Part shown: in pieces, positions 59,439 to 64,000 of the stretch
Numbering within the stretch: the first letter of the stretch is position 1
Layout: the number at the start of each line of letters is the position of its first letter
Origin: an uncultured Candidatus Binatia bacterium
GTDB lineage: Bacteria; Desulfobacterota; Binatia; UBA9968; JAJDTQ01
Reading direction: 5' to 3'
Assembly: GCA_965213675.1 (NCBI GenBank)
Contig: OZ243916.1
Span: 2,656,001-2,720,000, forward strand
Length of the DNA: 64,000 bases
The notes under the pieces: generated by a model
Databases searched by the model: none
Seen by the model: only the letters and a program-made list of their open reading frames with translations
Told to the model about the DNA's origin: nothing
Made by a program: the position numbers and the translations under genes

Positions 59439-61349
59439 ATGCCCTACATCATCGGTACCGCCGGACACATCGACCACGGCAAGACGAGCCTCATCAAGGC
59501 CCTGACCGGGGCCGACACCGACCGCCTCAAGGAAGAGAAGGAGCGCGGCATTTCCATCGATCTGGGGTTTGCGCACCTGCCGCTGCCCGACGGCTCCGAA
59601 GCCGGCATCGTCGACGTGCCCGGCCACGAGCGCTTCATCCGCAACATGCTCGCCGGCGCCCACGGCATCGATCTTGTGCTGTTCACGGTGGCCGCGGACG
59701 ACGGCGTCATGCCGCAGACCGAGGAGCATTTGGACATCGTCCACCTGCTGGGCGTACGCACCGCCCTGTTCGTCATCACCAAGGTGGACCTCGTGTCGGA
59801 AGCGCGGGTGCGCGAGGTGGAGGAAGAGATCGAGATCCTCACCTTCGAGACCGCGCTGGAAGGCTCGCCCGTGGCGCACTTCTCGGCGGTTTCCGGCCAA
59901 GGGCTGGAGGATGTCCGGAACGGCATCTTCGGCTCGCTGGCCGGCATCCACCGGCCGGCCCCCAACGGCTTCTTCCGGCTCCCGGTGGACCGGGTGTTCG
60001 TGCTTCAGGGCCACGGCGTCATCGTCACCGGCACCGCGCTGGCCGGGGAGGTGCGCACGGGCGACCACGTCCATGCGGTCCCTGGCGGCCAGAAGTTCCG
60101 GGTGCGCAGCATCCAGGTGCACGGGCAGTCCGTGGAAGCCGCGGGCTGGGGCCAGCGCGTGGCCCTCAACCTGACGGGGCAGGAGCGCGGCGCCCTGGAA
60201 CGCGGGCACATGATCTGCCACGAGGAGCTGACCCTGGCGTCGACGCGGTTCGACGCGCACCTGGAGGTGCGCCCCGCGGCCGCCAAGGGCATCAAGAACC
60301 ACCAGCGCGTGCGTATCCACCTGGGGACCGCCGAACGCTTGGGCAAGCTCGTCTTCCTGGGGGACATCGAGAACGTGGAGCCCAAGAAAACGGTCTATTG
60401 CCAGGCGCTGCTCACGGAACCCCTGCTGGTCATGCGCGGCGACCACTTCATCGTGCGCGACGAGACCGCCCGGAAGACTCTGGGCGGAGGCGAAGTCGTG
60501 GACCCGCGGGCGCGCCGCCACCGGCGCCGGGAAAAGGACGTGGAGCCGCGCCTGCGCACGCTGCACCAGGGCGACACGCCCGACATGATCCGGAGCTTTC
60601 TGGAAGGCGATGCCAGCCTCGCCACCAGCGTGGATGCCATCGGTCAGTTCCTGAACCTGAAGCGGGACGAGACCCGGGCCTGGCTGGAACGCACCGAGGG
60701 GCTGCGCGCGTTCGATTCGGAGCGGGAGCGCGTCTACACCACCGAGGCGAAGTGGAACCGTTTTCGCGAGAGCCTGCGCGCGGCCCTGGAAGCATTCCAT
60801 CAGAGCCACCCGCTGGCGCCGGGCATGGATCTGGAGGAGGTGCGGGCGCGGCTCGCGGCCGGGGTGTCCGCGCGGCTCTTCCGCGACCTGGCGGATCTCC
60901 TGGCGGGCGAAGGGATTTGCGTCCGGGACGGCAACCACCTGCGCCTGCCGGGACATCGCGTGGAGCTGGGCGCGCGGGAGAAGTCGCTGTCCGCGGACAT
61001 CACCGCCGCGCTGGGAAGGAATCCCCTGGCCCCGCCCTACCTGAAGGAGGTGGAGAAGGCGCTGGGAGTCGAACGCCCCAAACTGAACGAGGTGATTCGG
61101 GTGATGGAACGGCAGGGAGAGATTGTCCGGGTAACCACCGAACTCTACTATCTCACGGCTTCCATTGACAGGATCAAGGCCGATTTATATAGCTACTTCC
61201 ACGGCCACGAGGAGATGAGCGCGGCTACCTTTCGCGACATCCTGCAATCGAGCCGCAAATACACCATTCCCGTGCTGGAATACTTCGACCGCACCGGCGT
61301 GACCATGCGGGTGGGCGACGTGAGGAAGCTCAAGCCGGGGAGGAACTAA
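59439..61349 (+). CDS. selB: Selenocysteine-specific elongation factor
   Basis: [33 protein letters not shown]-terminal [13 protein letters not shown]. Confidence 0.97.
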   Translation: MPYIIGTAGHIDHGKTSLIKALTGADTDRLKEEKERGISIDLGFAHLPLPDGSEAGIVDVPGHERFIRNMLAGAHGIDLVLFTVAADDGVMPQTEEHLDIVHLLGVRTALFVITKVDLVSEARVREVEEEIEILTFETALEGSPVAHFSAVSGQGLEDVRNGIFGSLAGIHRPAPNGFFRLPVDRVFVLQGHGVIVTGTALAGEVRTGDHVHAVPGGQKFRVRSIQVHGQSVEAAGWGQRVALNLTGQERGALERGHMICHEELTLASTRFDAHLEVRPAAAKGIKNHQRVRIHLGTAERLGKLVFLGDIENVEPKKTVYCQALLTEPLLVMRGDHFIVRDETARKTLGGGEVVDPRARRHRRREKDVEPRLRTLHQGDTPDMIRSFLEGDASLATSVDAIGQFLNLKRDETRAWLERTEGLRAFDSERERVYTTEAKWNRFRESLRAALEAFHQSHPLAPGMDLEEVRARLAAGVSARLFRDLADLLAGEGICVRDGNHLRLPGHRVELGAREKSLSADITAALGRNPLAPPYLKEVEKALGVERPKLNEVIRVMERQGEIVRVTTELYYLTASIDRIKADLYSYFHGHEEMSAATFRDILQSSRKYTIPVLEYFDRTGVTMRVGDVRKLKPGRN

Positions 61350-61444
61350 GCGACACCGGGAAACGTCCTGGGCGAACATCATCGGCGTTCACGCACGCGG
61401 GAAACGGCGCCAGGGGGCGCCATCAACACCCAAAGGAGCCTGAA

Positions 61445-62494
61445 ATGGCCATGGAATCGATCCGTCTGACCCAGGAAGTCAAGGCTGCCGGCTGAGCGGC
61501 CAAGCTCGGCCCTGCCGACCTGGTGCAGGTCCTGCACCAACTGCCAAAGTTCGCATCCCCGGAACTGCTCGTAGGAACCGAGACAGCCGACGACGCCGGC
61601 GTGTACCAGTTGCGTCCCGACCTCGCCATCGTCAACACGGTGGACTTCTTCACGCCCATCGTCGACGACCCCTACATGTTCGGCCAGATCGCCGCCACCA
61701 ACTCCCTGAGCGATGTCTGGGCCATGGGCGGCGTGCCCGCCACGGCCCTCAACATCGTCTGTTTCCCCAAGGGGAAGATGGAAATCGAAGTGCTGGGCGA
61801 GGTGCTGCGCGGCGGCGCTGACAAAGTGAAGGAGTCCGGCGCGGTCATCGTCGGCGGCCACTCCATCATCGACGAAGAGATCAAGTACGGCCTTGCCGTC
61901 ACCGGCACCGTGCATCCCGACCGCATCCTGCGGAACGTCGGCGCCCGGGAGGGCGACGTGCTCGTCCTCACCAAGGCCCTGGGAACCGGCATCGCCACCA
62001 CCGCCGTGAAGCGTGGCAACGTCTCCCAGGCGAGCATCGACCAAGCCATTGCCTCCATGGCCACCCTCAACAAGTACGCCGCGGAGGTCATGCGCGACTA
62101 CGACGTCCACGCCTGCTCCGACATCACCGGCTACGGCCTCCTGGGCCACGGCCTGGAGATGACCCTCGACGGCAGCGTCAGCATCACCTTCGAGGCCGCC
62201 CGGCTGCCCGTGCTGGAGGACGTCGCCCAACTCGCCGAGTCCGCCGGCAACCTCACCGGCGGCTGCAAGCGCAACCGCGAGTACCTCGACGACAAGACCG
62301 TCATCCAGGACACCGTCCCCGACGCCCTCGCCGAAATCGCCTTCGACCCACAGACCTCCGGCGGCCTGCTCATCGCCGTGGCGGAAAAGGACGGCGAGAG
62401 CCTGGTCCGGGCGCTCGTGGACCGCGATGTACCGGCCGCAACTATCGTGGGCCATGTCACGGGGCGGGAGGAGTATGGGGTGCGGTTGGCGTGA
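61445..62494 (+). CDS. selD: Selenophosphate synthetase, selenoprotein form (UGA at codon 17, 61493-61495)
   Basis: aaggag RBS, then MAMESIRLTQEVKAAG-U-AAKLGP in frame with the 61523 ORF; DDAGVY, TVDFFTP, GGHS, DITGYGL.GH, DPQTSGGLL. Confidence 0.95.
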
Positions 62495-62530
62495 GGGGCC
62501 GGAAGTGAGGCGTTCGGAAGGGGAGAGGCA

Positions 62531-62564
62531 AGTCAGGGAGAGGACGAACATCCTCCCCCTGACT
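62531..62564. terminator. Hairpin between convergent selD and the tctC-like gene
   Basis: agtcagggagagga-cgaaca-tcctccccctgact, one mismatch, no U-tract. Confidence 0.5.
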
Positions 62565-62587
62565 CGCGTGGTGGGGCCGCAGGCGGT

Positions 62588-63637
62588 CTACTTCTTGGCC
62601 TTGCGCACCAGGAAGCTCAGCGCGTCCTTGGACTCCTGAGGCATACCGAGAATGGTCTCGACGTTCTCCAGGATTTCCTCTGCGGTGACATAGTTGATGA
62701 TGAGCTTCACCTTCTTCGCCTCTTCGAGAAAAGCGGGATCCTGCAACGTCTTCCGGAAGCCTTCCCTCAAGGCAGCGAGCCGGTCGGCGGGTACGCCCGG
62801 CGGGGCCACGAAGGGGCGCTGGAACTCATACTGGCCGCCCCAGGCCTTGTAGGTGGCGAGTCCCTCTTTTCCACCGCGCTTCTCCACCAGATCGAGGACC
62901 AGATGCGCATCCTTGATCTCCGGGTCATCCTTGTGAGTGACGAGCAGCGGAATGAATCTGTCGTCGCCCTTGGCATCGAGCAGGCCCCGCGCGGTCACTC
63001 GCATGGATTCCCATCCCCAGCAGGACCCTGCGACCTCCTTGCCCTGCATCGCGATGCGAGTCGCAGCGGTTCCCGGATAGCCGGAAACCACGTCGAAATT
63101 GGTGCCCGCGGTCTGATTGAGGAGTTTCGGCATGTCAACCCCGGTGGAGCCGGTCCGGGTGCCGCCCATCTTGATCTTCTTGTTGGGATCGGTGATGTCC
63201 GCAATCGACTTGACGCCGGACCAACCCATGAACGCACACGTGGGATTGCCCTTGACCGGAGCGCCGATCCAACCCAGTTTTCTCGGCTCGATTTGCGTCT
63301 TGGGATCGCCCAGAGCCCGGGTCAACACGAAACCGCTGTTCCATACGCCCAGGACGCTTCCGTCGCGCTTCGCCCTCTTCTGGATGTAGTTGGCCGAAAC
63401 CAGACTGCCGGCGCCGGTCATGTTCTGCACGATGAAATTCGGGTTTCCCGGAATGTGCTTGCTCATGTGGCGCACGACCTGCCGGGTGTAGGTGTCGTAA
63501 CCGCCGCCAGGCGAGTAGCCGACGACGACCCGAATGGTCTTGCCCTTGAAGAAATCTTCGACGGCCACCGCGGTGTTGCCGGTCACCAAGCCGAGCGCCG
63601 CCGTCAGTGCGACCGCCAATCCTGTCTTCCTGATCAT
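62588..63637 (-). CDS. Tripartite tricarboxylate transporter substrate-binding protein (TctC/Bug)
   Basis: Signal peptide; FFKGKTIRVVVGYSPGGGYD, NMTGAGS, GYPG, RPFVAPPGVP. Confidence 0.92.
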   Translation of the reverse strand: MIRKTGLAVALTAALGLVTGNTAVAVEDFFKGKTIRVVVGYSPGGGYDTYTRQVVRHMSKHIPGNPNFIVQNMTGAGSLVSANYIQKRAKRDGSVLGVWNSGFVLTRALGDPKTQIEPRKLGWIGAPVKGNPTCAFMGWSGVKSIADITDPNKKIKMGGTRTGSTGVDMPKLLNQTAGTNFDVVSGYPGTAATRIAMQGKEVAGSCWGWESMRVTARGLLDAKGDDRFIPLLVTHKDDPEIKDAHLVLDLVEKRGGKEGLATYKAWGGQYEFQRPFVAPPGVPADRLAALREGFRKTLQDPAFLEEAKKVKLIINYVTAEEILENVETILGMPQESKDALSFLVRKAKK

Positions 63638-64000
63638 GAAAATCCCCCTTGTGGTTGAATTTGCCAGAAAATAAATCCCGCATTGTCACATATCGGCCGG
63701 ACAATTCCAAACGGTCGGGCGGGTTCGCCTTCGCCCAGGACAGTTTCACGCCGGGTTCCTGAGACGGTCGCGAAGCGCGCCGGGTCCGTGGGACGATGCC
63801 ACGCGAGCCGGTCCTATCCGCCGTCGGCTACGTCGGGTCACCCCCGGCTTGACCCGGGGTCTTGCTCGCGTGGCCTCCACAGGGGCGGCCGCCGGTGGCG
63901 CCTGCAAGCCGCCGCGCCTTGCCGCCGACAAGGATTCCTGCGCATCCTGGTAAGCGCAGTCGTGAAACGCAAGAACGTCACATGGGTCCATGTTCCACAA

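Noticed and set aside
59194-62587. tRNA-Sec (selC) in the sel spacers
   Set aside because: No cloverleaf with a UCA anticodon or T-loop is visible in the three intergenic stretches.
63746-64000. 84-aa ORF at the window end
   Set aside because: No recognisable motif, overlaps a degenerate REP, and is cut by the window edge.

Overview
GC-rich bacterial window. The gene content and repeat load suggest an uncultured deltaproteobacterium/Binatia-like organism, possibly a host-associated symbiont; this is inference only. From left to right it holds: a PLD/HKD gene clipped by an IS3-family remnant; TA debris; an aldo/keto reductase; pstSCAB under an extended Pho-box array, directly downstream of arsR-aqpS-arsC; and a decayed second copy of dsbA-trmJ fused to a tyrosine-integrase remnant. 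A ~34 kb catabolic region follows, with five paralogous alpha/beta-hydrolases that lack the canonical post-beta7 Asp, two M24 enzymes, two amidohydrolases, an Opp-type ABC importer, cupin, VOC, an ACAD-fold flavoprotein, an HpsN-like dehydrogenase, SDR, cyclase and several dehydrogenases. The intact dsbA-trmJ comes next, then an Fpg/Nei glycosylase, a split heteromeric acyl-CoA dehydrogenase around an ADP-forming CoA ligase, a translationally coupled AlbA/Schlafen-GHKL + ParA pair, an MFS transporter, selA-selB-selD (SelD has an in-frame UGA/Sec missed by the ORF track) and a TctC/Bug protein. Non-coding structure includes a two-copy 165-bp MITE, three REP-like families, several large palindromes and many internally deleted pseudogenes. 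No CRISPR array, rRNA or tRNA was found. All calls come from reading motifs by eye; no searches were run.
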